Shown one piece after another: positions 13,392 to 28,257 of a stretch of 64,000 nt of DNA. The DNA comes from Amoebophrya sp. A120 (lineage: Eukaryota > Protista > Dinoflagellata). Under the pieces are notes generated by a model. It was given only the letters and a program-made list of their open reading frames with translations, did no database searches and had not been told where the DNA came from. The position numbers and the translations under genes were made by a program. The stretch spans positions 3,713,253 through 3,777,252 of the forward strand of contig CAJINV010000005.1 in the NCBI GenBank assembly GCA_905178155.1, written 5' to 3'. The number at the start of each line of letters is the position of its first letter. The stretch's first letter is position 1.

Positions 13392-16300
13392 CTATTGGAT
13401 GAAGCACATTCTGAGCCCGATCACGTGGCCCGCGAGCGCAATCGGAAGGGAGACCAAGGGGAACCACTCATAGGGCGGGAAGAAAAAAAACACTGCTGCA
13501 GGTTCGTTTTGGAAGAGTCGCAATCTGAACATGATTTATTCTTTCGCGCATAACTTTGATAATTTTCATTCAAGTATTTCATCTCTACCATTGCAGGATT
13601 CCATCACTTACAGTAGTTGACGTTGAGCACAATAGTATTCCACCAAACGAGGCACTTGAAATTCAAATTCGAATTCACGGCACAATAAGCATATCCGAGG
13701 AGTGACGATTTGTGAATCTTCTCCAACAAAAATTCGCAAAATATACGGTGTCGGCAGCGAGAACAGGATCGTGAAAATGACCGAAAAGAGTAACAGCAGC
13801 CCGATTACATTGAAGACAAACAGCACCACTTTCTGCTTGATGTGAAGCTGCGGAGCGATTGTTGATGCAGGTGATATTAGTGGCGCAGAATTTCTTTCCG
13901 GACTGCCAGTGACGTCCTCATCGCCGAAGAAAAATGAGGTCAGCGGTCTAGTAGTGCTTGCTTTATTTTTTCCCCCAGCACTCCCCAGTCCAAGCGCTGA
14001 CAAAATGGTAGTTCCTGCTGTAGAAACGAGAGACGAAATACTTGCAATTACGTCATGATCTGCTTCGCCGTTCTTGGTTGATGATGATGTTGTTGTGCCC
14101 CTGTCTGAGTAGAAGAAGAAGGAGTTCTGATTGGGATTGTGACAGGAAGACGCTGTGGTCGATACCACGTCATCCACGTCAGTTTGCGGATTTTCCTCTT
14201 CTTTCCGAGGGGATTTCTCGTCATCTGAGGAGCTACTCGACGTGGGGCCCATGTTTAAGCTCACCTGGAAGAAGTAGGAAATCGAAATGTTACTGATACC
14301 TAGTAAGTTGCGTTTTTCAAAAGGATGTCAACATCTCCATGTATTTCTCTACCTATATGGATATCTCCTGCCCGTCAGCATGAAAATGACCACAAGAGCG
14401 AAAGAAGTGAATTGTATTTGTATATCAGCTTGGCTCTACAACATTCACAATCGATACCGCGAAGGCGAGAATTCCGGTGATGATGTCAAAATTGTGTCCG
14501 TGGACCGTCATTTGCTGCGGAACAACCCCCTGATTGTGCCCGACGTGCAGCAAATACTCCAAAAACACCCGGAACACCTGGTAGCCCACGATCAAACTGG
14601 CGGGCACTTTCCGCGCAATCTGCTCGCCCCAGAACGAAAACCCAAAGAAGAAGACAATCGCGAGGCAGCCGAAAAACAGGAGCACAATGAAGACCGCGGG
14701 GAACGAGAGAAAGCAGGAGGTCAGAGCGTGGGTGAGCAGGAGCCAGGCTGCGATGCACCTGTTTAGTTGTTTCGAAAAAAGGTCATCTTGTGCCGGTTGG
14801 GGTTGTCACGTAGGGCCAATTAGTCTTGTTCAACAACAAGCAGTGAGCTCATCTTCATCATCTTCATGGTAGTTCATTTACTGGGCAAGGTGATGAAATT
14901 GAAATTGTAATTGTGATGAAACATGTATTTTGCATTTACTCATCCTACCAGTGCAGCGGGCGCTTGACTGTTTCGTCTGTGGCCCCCATGTGGCAGATGG
15001 ACACAAACGCGTAGACCGACACCGCAAACACGACGAGCATCGCCGCCATGTAGGCCCCGGAGGGTTCCGGCACGTGCGTTCCCGGAAACAGGGTGACCAC
15101 CCGTTTCGGCGGTACCTTCTCGCTGTTGAAATCCGGGAAGAAGTTGTTGACTTCCGCCTTGGGCTTGTCCTCCAGGATGATCGTCTGCTCGACCCGGTGC
15201 TTCTCGAGATTGCCGGGCACTTCCAGTGTCAGCGCCGGCGTGTGCGGATCTTCGTGGACCTCCACCCGGCCGAAGGCCTGGGGCTATTGCAAGGAAAAGT
15301 AGTCCCCCTTTCCCATATTGAAAGCGCATCCTACTGAAAATTTGCGATGCAGATTTGTGACCACAAATCGGGTCTGCCTTCCAAGAATGCACATTCAGGC
15401 TGTCGGCCACGTTATGCGGGCGATTTGTCATGCTGTAAGGCCTACAGAGTAGCCGGCTGCCATACCAAATATAGCCGCCGGGGCGGAGGTAGTGAGGTCG
15501 TGGGCGTTTTCTTGCCGGCCGTCGCCTTGGCCGCGGCTTTGCTTTTTCTGGGCCCGCCGTACCGCCGTGAGTAACGTTAGGCCGCACGGTATGGCGGCCG
15601 CTTGATAAACGTCGCAAATTTTCGCAAATTCCCGATATTCCTTTCCGAAAGCCAGCCCCCATGCTATGAGGCCGATCCGGGTGCCACGGGGGGCGCCCAA
15701 AAAGCGAAGAAAAATCGGGCCCGTAGCATGCGGATTGGCTTTGCGCGTCTGGCGCGCTTTTGCTTTTTTGCGTTTTTATTTTTCCCGTCGGCGCTTTTTG
15801 CAAAGCCCCCCAGGCTCTGAAACCGGCGAAAATGCGGCCGCTTTCGCGGCCGCCCAAAATGCTCCGAAACCGCGGCCGTGCCATGCTGTTTCGCTGTTCT
15901 GATTTTGGGTGCGTTGTTTTCGGGCGCCCTTTTGGGCGTCCTAAACCGCCAGAAATCAAGGCGGCGGGCGCCCCAGAAGGGCGCCCCTTTTGCTGGCTTC
16001 TCTGCGTCGTTTTACCCAGCGGCGATCGATAGAATCCGCTGGCGATTCGGTGCCAGGTAAGCCAAACAGGCTTGCACGCTGGGATCTTTTTCATGCAAAA
16101 AAACTCTCTACAGGCTTCAAAACTGCCGGTCGTTTTTCAGGGGAGATGGCAAAAAAACTCCCCGGTTAGAACCGTTCGGTGACCTCACTACATACTAGGC
16201 GCCTAGTATACCAAAAGGCCCCCGCCAAAGCCAGGACCACGCATTCCTCGTCTAGCTGCAACACAAGTTTGATTTGTCTATCCAAATCCAGCATCAGAAG

Positions 16301-16756
16301 TTTCGTTTTGATATGGGGAGGGTGGATTTTTCCTTTTGATAGGGGCCCGAAGTCCACCAGGGAAGGCGGATTCAAAATGCTGGAGAAGACGTTGGAAATC
16401 TTGGTGCCAATGGCTACTTCACCGCCTGTTTCCGTTTCCTCGGCGAGGACCACAGAAGCGGGAGCTTCATTTGAAGTTGTGCTTTCTCTCGCAGCTGCCA
16501 ATGATGCTTCTTCTTTAGCCGTGGTTTTCATCTCTGCCAAGGAGGACGCCGCTCCTGCTGCTCCTGCTGTAGTACCTGCTCGTACTCCCCCGGTAGTCGC
16601 ATGAGCACTGGTCGACGCCCCGCCCAGGCTCAGAAAGGCTGACGCCTGAGACGAGTCGCTGCCAGAGCCGCCCATTTGCAGCATGATGTCAAACGGAGCC
16701 AGATCCGCTGCCGTTGACCCGCCCAGCAGGCCGACTACCTCCTGCATTTTTACCAT
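13392..16756 (-). CDS. Multi-exon polytopic membrane protein resembling a bacterial-type hypothetical membrane family, with low-complexity N-terminal extension
   Basis: Exons ~16756-16314, 15278-~14949, ~14758-14440, 14264-~13700, ~13480-13392. Motifs LIVGYQVFRVFLEYLLH, PQQMTVHGHNFDIITG, FNVIGLLLL..SLPTP, PYEWFP..ALAGHVI. The last junction is unresolved. Confidence 0.7.
15284..16313. mobile_element. Degenerate introner (ends TATTG.../...TTTGATA, direct repeat TGGGG) enlarged by a nested ~732-bp repeat
   Basis: TGGGG at 15279-15283 and 16314-16318; removing 1035 nt joins IHPP|QAFGRVEV in frame; motif TTTGTCATGC near 15424. Confidence 0.65.
15463..16194 (-). mobile_element. Non-autonomous Helitron2/Helentron-like repeat, copy 1
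   Basis: Collinear with 31558-32297; 11-bp asymmetric inverted repeat GTAGTGAGGTC (15489-15499) / GACCTCACTAC (16181-16191); hairpin CCGCC-GG-GGCGG (15475-15486) outside the IR; no TSD seen. Confidence 0.7.
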
Positions 16757-19271
16757 GGCGGCAGATTACGGCACGAAGGACGCGGATGTGAGTGCTCCCG
16801 ACTTGTGTTCGATTTCTTGGCGGGAGAAAGCCGTCCAAGTAGCACGTAGTTGATGTTTCGTACGAAGCTATTTTCTGCGCCGCAGGTCTAGCTTCTCCGT
16901 ACTGCTCTTTTGTCTTTCAACAGCCAGTGGCGAGGGCGTCACTGGAAAAAATGGGGCTGTGAGCTGCGTCGCCTCGAAAAGCTGCAGTCGGGCGGCCTTA
17001 TGCCGGTTTTGCACATTTTCGCTGTTGCGGGGGGCGGAGCGATACCGTGCGTAGATGCCTCCGCGGGGCACTAGCACTGATCACTTGGGCGTTTCTAGTT
17101 ACGATGGCGCAAAAGGAGCTGCTGTGCGAGAACGAGTTGAGGGAAGTTCATCTTCCATTTCATCTAAGCAGCATTGCGGCGTCGGGAAAAACAATACCGG
17201 TGGAAAGTGAGCTCAAACACCGCGGTGAAGAGCCAAAAACTACAAGGGAGCGGAACGACGTTTGGCCGCTCTCTTTCAGGTGCCGCAGACACGCACTCTG
17301 GGCCGAAGCCAATTACTTAGCGTTACTAGTAGAAAGAGCACATCAAGAAAGCGTCAGCGTATCGCGGGCCGCATGGCTGTACAAACTCAAAGAACGAGCA
17401 CGAAGGTGGAGGCAACAAGAACACCGTCGAGCGTGCGAGAAGAACACTGTCGCCGACGATGGTGGCGCGCGCATGAGTAGATGCGTTTTCTCGTGTGTAT
17501 GCGGGGGCGCTTTGCATACCTTATCGCCTGACTTGGGCCGGGCGGATTCTTGCAACAAGGCTAGCAGGAAGGACCGGGCGACCGGCAGGGCCGCTAGCTT
17601 TCTTATGCTTGAGGGCGGCGGGGCCCAAAGGACTAGACCGACGCCGACGAACCCGGCGCCCCTTCTCGACACAACCACGCCCAACCACCACTGTTGCGTA
17701 TGGGTGTGGGGCGGGTCGGCGTGACGATTCGCACCAAACGAATCTACTTATCAATCGAGCGAAGTGCGCCGCGGGTGGCCACGATGGAAACAGGCGAGGG
17801 CGGGGCGGCATGCTCGCCTCGCGGGCCAACGAGCGGGCCCACCAGCTGCCCCCCCCACCAAGCCGGCCGAGCGGGGGCGCAAAAAAAACGCGCCCGGCCC
17901 GCCTGCGAGCCTCCCTCACCCCCCGGCAATGTGCCGGCGGCGGGCGCGGGCGGGCCGTGCGCGGGTGGCCCACGCGCTGGCTTCGTGGCCGTCCAAGCAG
18001 GCGAACCATGGAGGCGGGGCCCCCCGCCTTCAAGCGCTTCCGGTCTGATGCCGTCGCGGTGGATGCCACAGCGGCGCCCCGCTCATATTCTTCTCGCCTG
18101 CCGGCGGTCGCGCTGGTCCTACGCTTCTCCTTTGCTTCGCGCAGGATGGCGGCACGTGGCCGCGCCCCAGCCGCCGCATCGGCACCCGCCGGCCGCTCCT
18201 GGCCCCCCCGACCTTCGCAAGGAGGCGCGGCGCCTGCCCGTCCTCGCTCTGGCAACAGACGCAAAGCACAACGATGCCCGGGCTTTGCGCCACGCCGGGG
18301 CGATTATAGTGATGCCGACCCCGATAACTCATACCGCAGCGAGCGGGCCTGCGGGCAAAAAACCACGCGCCAGGGCGCGGGACCGGCCGCGGGCGCCATG
18401 CCTGGCAATCTCGCCGAGACTTCCGCCTTGCGCTGCGCCTGGCCTCCAGAAACTGGACGCCGCCCTGGAGAAAGTCGCACGGGGTGCCCGCCTGCCTTCC
18501 TGCGCTGTCTCCGCCCCGAAGCGGCTGCCCTTTCGCATGTACGGGCAAAGATAGCCAGCCGATGCGTCATCGTTCCGCAGTCTCTGGGCCTCCTGGTTCG
18601 CCCAGATAAGCGCCACCGCCAGCCCACGCGCGGCCCGAACGTGCTGGCGCGCGCGCCACTGCGGAGGGGCAGAAGTCGCTATCACAAAGAAACAGGCCCC
18701 CGGAAGGAGAAGACACGCAACAAGAAACAACGGCACCGGCACCGCTTCAACTGAACCAAGTCTTGCACTGAACACCGTCGCAGCAGCGTCACGGCCTTTT
18801 CTCCGTCTTGAAATGACTCAAGCACTCGTCTTGCATATCACGCACGAAGGCAATCCAATCGTGGGCTAATGTGAAGTCCAAACTATTTTCGATAAACAAC
18901 TTCTTCTGACGACATTTCATCGCCCGCGGTCACGGCAGTGATGCTGTAGCGATATTAGATGTGGCTAGCGCCTGAAACGTAAAATCGTACATTGATTTCA
19001 GACGTGGCGGAAATGCTTTTTGGCAAGAAAACAGACACATTTGAGCATACATCTAGTTCGAGGGTAATATGACGCAAGAACGTATAGCACACCGCACGAA
19101 GCTGCAGTACATGTTGAGTGCGGCACCATATGCGGACGAGCTGTAACAAGTGGGCACAAGTAGGATCGTATCATCAAACAGAAACATCTACGTCTGGATA
19201 TCTTTCAAACACCAGGGACACCCGAACCAGGCCACACACCAGCATAGTCATTGTCATTTTCATCAGCCATC

Positions 19272-21927
19272 TTACAACAAATCTCCGTATCCAATATTCA
19301 TCGTATCAACGGTCCTCTTTGCCTGCGTCATATTTGGTTTTGCTTTTGGCTTCGCTTTTGGTGGTGCCGACGGCGCTCCTCCAGCTTTGTTCCCACCTGC
19401 ACTTTTACCAGAACTAACACCCGTAGTTGCTTTGCTCCCACTGATGCTTCCCATCTGCAAAGTCATGCTGTCCAAAGCTGCACTGCTCAACTCCTCCTGC
19501 TCGAAGTGATGACCGAAAGCACCAGCAGCTCCAGGGCCTTTTCGTCCGGCGACCACCGTTCTGCCACTTACCGCACTACTAGTACTACCTGTTTTCGCTT
19601 TCGCCTTCGGCGGCCCACCGCGGGGCCCTCCTCCTCCTCCTGCCAGTTGCTTTTGATTTTGTCGCGCCGCCTCTTCTTGCGCTTTTTCCTCCGCGCACTC
19701 CCCACACAAGGCTTTGCCCGGACCCGCGACCGACTCGTCCAAGGTCTGGTAGGCTTTTCCCTTCAAAGGCTTCTCGCACTCGCTGCACTTGAAGCACAAG
19801 GGGTGCCAGGTTTGCCCCGCCGCGGTCATAACTGTGCCCTGGATCTTCTCCTTGCAGCCGAAACACGTTTTCCCGAACAGCTGCAGGTGGCAGCCCTCGC
19901 AATAGAGGTTCTGTTTCTCCGTAAAGTAGCGGACACCGACCTGAGAGTGGAGGTGTGATGATGGACATGCGAGACGCGTTCGTAATATGCGAGAAAGCAA
20001 TAAACCTGCAAAATTCATCTAACTCATCGCAAACTCGCATCTACTCTGAGATGATGACAGTCACATTATAGACTTGTGTTTATTTTCTGAAACATAAACA
20101 ACATGACAGAGCCGCTTCATGCGCGACGTCATTGTGGTCGTCCTCTCCAGTATCCAACAGAAAGTCTTCGTACATACGTCTCTATACCAGATTCCTTTCG
20201 CATTCGCTGCAGGTGAAGCACTCCTTGTGCCATTTCAGATTTCCCTGCTCAATCACTGCGCCGCCGTGAATTGGCTCTTTGCACTTCGCACACGTCCCCA
20301 ACTTGCCCCACTGGGTCTGCACTTTCGGCTCCCTGTTAGTATTCCCGGGTCCACCACCTCGCTGCACGGTAGTAGAACCCCCGGGCGTAGTGATGGTCTT
20401 CCCCATCCCGCGCTTGCTATTTACATTGTCGTGCAACACGAGCGGTCCGCTCGCGATGCGTTTCTGCAGCAAGGCCGTGTCCTCCACTGGAAAAGCCGCG
20501 TTCGCGAAGTTCAGCGCGCAACAGTAGCCGAAGGTTTTGTGCAGGGTGATTGCGATGCCTGCAAAAAAATATGCCGGGTCGAAAATGCCTAACCGGTGTC
20601 CGCGGGAAGGGACACCATCGTCCACGATTAGGTCCTCGATCATCGCGTAGCCAGATTCCGGCAACGTTCCGTACCACAAGCACTCCCCGACTTTGTAGCG
20701 CCAGTTGGAGTACCGAGTGATCCGATCCTGCACTTTCGTGATTTTGTCTGAAGAGGTGTGCGACGCCAGTCCGGTAACACCGAGGTCGGCCGCGTGGTCG
20801 CTGGCGGAAAGAAAAAGCGTCGGATGCGGCAAAATCTGGCCTTGGTGGGGGTTTATTAAGACTGTGGACGAGGTTGATGAGGAAGCAGGCGATGATGTTT
20901 TTGGCTCGCCAGGTTTCATCATTCTTGCGACCAAGATCCCCTGCTCTTGGTCCCAGGTGCAGCTACTGTGGAGTTGTTGCATTTCCGCAAATTGAGAGAC
21001 TACCTCATCTGGCGGAGGCGGGATAATTCCGGTTCCATTCACGCCCTCCTCCGCTTCCGGAGCCGCACACATCTCCGACCCCGCGCGACCCCGATTTGCT
21101 GTTCCTACAGATGTTGACCCCGACTTGATGTTTCCACCTCCACCCGCCAAGTTCTGGCAATACTGAATCGCTTCCACGACGACCGCTTCGCCCTCTTTCG
21201 TCACCACACACCGACCGGCGCGCCCCACCGTCGGGTGGAAATCTTTTCCTTTGAACTTTCCGACTCTTCTCTGTTTCAACCGGTCGGCGGCGAGCTGCGG
21301 ATTGCGCCGCAGCTGGTTCAGGGCGTAGAGAACCTCAATCTCCAGGAGAACTATGGCCAGCTTTTCCAAGGCTTGCCCGAGCGGGTTCATGTCTTCTCGT
21401 TTCACAGCCGCGGCGCTCTTCTTGCTCCTTGTTGGTTGGGAAATGGAACTTCCGATGAAGATTTCCCAATCGAAGCGAGATAGCAGAGGTTGTTCTACTG
21501 GGCCGGACACTTCATCTTCGCCTAGGCGGTCGGTCTCAGAGGTGTCACTTGTTGCAGTAGCACTGTTGATGCCGACGTCTCGATCATGGTTATTTCCTGT
21601 TCTGGCCGGGATTTTAGTTCTCAAAAAGTCGTCGACCAAAACCGGAAGTTGCCCGAGGGCCGTCTCTTCTGTCTGCGTTAGTCGGGTGCTGAGTCTCAAG
21701 TGTGATGTGCTTGCAGACGAAGAATTGCTGGCAAGTTCCTCTAAAACTCGGTCGGCTAGACTCGCCTGCCGAGCGACCAGGTCGCGCGAATCAGAGACGA
21801 AGGCTGAAAGGAGCTTCAGATCGATCTTCTCATCGGCAGAAAAAGGACGGTCGTCTACTTTAGCCTGCTGTGCCACGCGGCGCCAAAAAAAATCGCATAT
21901 GAGCTCCATCGTCGGAACTAGCTGCAC
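19272..21927 (-). CDS. CAP (SCP/PR-1-like) domain protein with two C-terminal LIM domains; start uncertain
   Basis: CAP motifs (LNQLRRNP, SASDHAADLG..SH, GECLWYG, LIVDDGVPSRGHR); LIM CxxC..WHKECFTCSEC joined by a GT-AG intron to YCEGCH..CFGC..WHPLCFKCSEC..LCGEC. Confidence 0.88.
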
Positions 21928-22428
21928 TAAAACAGCAGGCCAACGCCAAACGCCAATAAATTAGACCTCCTCCGTGGCATCTTGATCTTCATGACTTTGC
22001 CTCGGGTAATATCAAGCAAGGGCTGGTTGTCTCTCTGAGTCTGGCTCGAAGACACCGATCATTATACAGTCTGCGCAGCATTATATTCATTGTGCAGAAG
22101 AGATTTCGGATACCAGAGGGGAAAAAGTTGATGGACCTGAAATGAAACATAAAAGCGCAGATGAGAGGACCACGCAGGACGAGCTCCTGGTCTTCTACGA
22201 AGCAGTATGAGCCTTTCAGCTGCACTGGCGAGTAGAAGTTTTACCAACCTCGGCAAAAGACCTGCAATAGCGTGCTGAAACTCTGGTCGGAAGCGCTGTC
22301 ACTCTAGGTTGCTGCTGTAATCTCTAATGCTGATGCAAGTTGCGGTATCTACAAACTGCATCCACTTTATTAGATACTGCTTCTTGAAACAAGGAAAAAA
22401 CAGAAGGCGGCAAGTAAGTAGTCTCGAG

Positions 22429-23286
22429 TCAGTAAACTGTAAACTTGAGGCAACTGAAGATGAACACACTTTTTCTACACGTCTTGAGAGAGCAGGACCA
22501 CAGTTTCGACGTCCTGTTCCCTCTCATCGCACTGCTACTGCCAACTACAGATATCTTCTTGTCCTTTGCTGAAGTTGAAGACGACTCTTGATGCTGTTTC
22601 CTCGCTGACGACGTTTTCACAGGAGCGTGCTTCTTGCTTAGGTTAACGCTCGAAGTGGTGGAAGAGGGGATTCTAGTCTTGTTCTTCGTTGCAGGTTCTC
22701 CCCCAAAGACATTATTTGCTGCAGCACCATTCTCGTCGGCAGAACGAGAACTAGAACCACTGTTCGACGAAAGCAGATGGACACCGAGCAGAATGAAAAA
22801 CACCCCACCAAGGAACATGCCTGTTCTAGCGTTTAGTGTCGGATAAGAGTCCGCGTAGGATGTTGTGGCTACGGGTGGTAGTAAAGCAGTTTGAGTTACA
22901 ACACCTCCAGAAACTTCTGAAGTTGTTGACGCAGTGGTTGTTGCATTCACTGCAGCATTAGCAGGAGCAGCACTCATTGTCATCCTCCCCGTTACCCAAT
23001 CGACCCCGCTCGACATTGACGCGGAGAACAGAAAGTTTAGCCCCAGCGCAATCGCGGAAACCTCCGTGCTGCTTTCCGCTTCCACGTTCGCGGAGAGAAA
23101 AAACTTCCACATAATCACGTTGGAAAAGAGCCCGAGCAGGAACCAGAAGGCTCGCAAGGCGGCCAGGAGAGCGAACGGAGAGATTTTTTCAGGAACCGTT
23201 GCATTAGAGGTCTTGAAGGCTTGGCTCATGCAGACGCTGGCGAAAGCCGCGGAAAAACTCGAGACGATTAGGGCTCGAGCGGGCAT
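22429..23286 (-). CDS. TMEM42-like (DMT/EamA superfamily) small membrane protein
   Basis: Hydrophobic segments AAFASV, SNVIMWKFF, SSTEVSAIALGLNFLFSA and GGVFFILLGVHLL fit the TMEM42 pattern. Confidence 0.65.
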   Translation of the reverse strand: MPARALIVSSFSAAFASVCMSQAFKTSNATVPEKISPFALLAALRAFWFLLGLFSNVIMWKFFLSANVEAESSTEVSAIALGLNFLFSASMSSGVDWVTGRMTMSAAPANAAVNATTTASTTSEVSGGVVTQTALLPPVATTSYADSYPTLNARTGMFLGGVFFILLGVHLLSSNSGSSSRSADENGAAANNVFGGEPATKNKTRIPSSTTSSVNLSKKHAPVKTSSARKQHQESSSTSAKDKKISVVGSSSAMRGNRTSKLWSCSLKTCRKSVFIFSCLKFTVY

Positions 23287-23986
23287 GGTTATAATTTTCG
23301 TACTTATTGCCAACAGCAGCACTAGATGAATCTTGTTTGCTTTTGGTGCTAGCTACAATTCATTGTCCTCGTCGTCTACGTATGTCCGGCGTAGTCACTG
23401 TCCATGTACAATTCCTTTTTGCGGAAACATGATCTCTTCGCTCGAGGATGAACCACGACGCGACTGACGTACGTGGCATCGGCGTCCGGACTAAGAAAGC
23501 CGACCGGATGAAGTTTCTATTTGAGTACGCAAAACACCATAATCGAAATGCACGAGTCTTTCCCAGCTCGTTCTGTGCCTACTCCACCAGCTGATGTCCA
23601 CCACCAATGAGGTTGACTGTTGTTTTCAACTGCGTGCGATCACCGCCCAAAGATGCACGTACTGCAGACTAACAACACCCCGAAAATTCCATGCGCATGC
23701 GTCATTAAAGAATATATCTGTTACGTCGTAGCTGACGAGAGCCTGAAAGAACAAAGTATTCATTCCGAACTACACAAAACTTTCAAGAACCGCAACTGCA
23801 GGGGTCCACGGTGCAACACCGAATAAAGACCACCTACTTCTATCTAAGTAGACAGGAGAGGATGCTGCACCGTCAAACTAATCTGTACATAGGCTGCAAG
23901 TAAAGGAGAAGTAACGTCTACTTCCCGTATTAAGTATTACCAGTTGCGGAACAAGATGAGGAAGTTACCTTCCACCAAGATGATCC

Positions 23987-27546
<3,560 letters not shown>

Positions 27547-28257
27547 CTTGTTTCAACTGCGAAAAGAAAACTCAAATTAAACGAGGGCGCCGCTCCTTCG
27601 AGAATAAGTTCACAAGTGCATGCGAAGTGCAAGACTTTACGGGCGCAATAAAGAAGTGTGTCTGCGCAGCGGTTCACCCACCTTTTGTTTTTGGGTCATT
27701 CTGACACTGAATAATGCAAAAAGACATAGTAAACAAAGAACGTGAACGAGAACCAAGAAAATATCATAGCCGTACGACCTCGCAACCTCATTCTCAGATG
27801 GCATTGCTGATTACTCACAAACATCACTGGTGTCGCATTTCTTTACCCCACCACTGCTGACGAGGACGAGCGCTACCTCTACTTACTGCTTATTTGGAAA
27901 CAAAAATATACCTCGATGAAGACGTCAATTTCAGCAAGATAAAGACGAGTATTTATCACAGACCAGCAGTCAAGGCGGCCTCCTGACTGGTGTGCTGCTG
28001 ACTCTCACAGAAGCTTCTGTTGCATTGAATAGAACACGCCAGATCATGTTCAAGTTCAACGACAATGATGGTAAGTCCCTGCATTATAAGTACTAGCCCG
28101 ATTGTTCTGTTTGTGAATCAATGTGACAAGAACGTCGACAGAAGGCGACTCGCGGGTGACGAGAAAGACTTTCTGAATCATGTTGATCGTGTGCATGTAC
28201 TGTCCTTCTACTTCTCTGCACTTTGCTTCACATCGGAAAAACACCCCGTCCACGTCC

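Noticed and set aside
14940-16094. 384-aa minus ORF, and the 309-aa plus ORF at 31421-32350
   Set aside because: They run through the GC-rich repeat, are not conserved between its two copies and have no transposase or Rep motifs.
17495-18754. 419-aa plus ORF
   Set aside because: Arg/Pro/Ala-rich product of extreme GC content, with several frames open.
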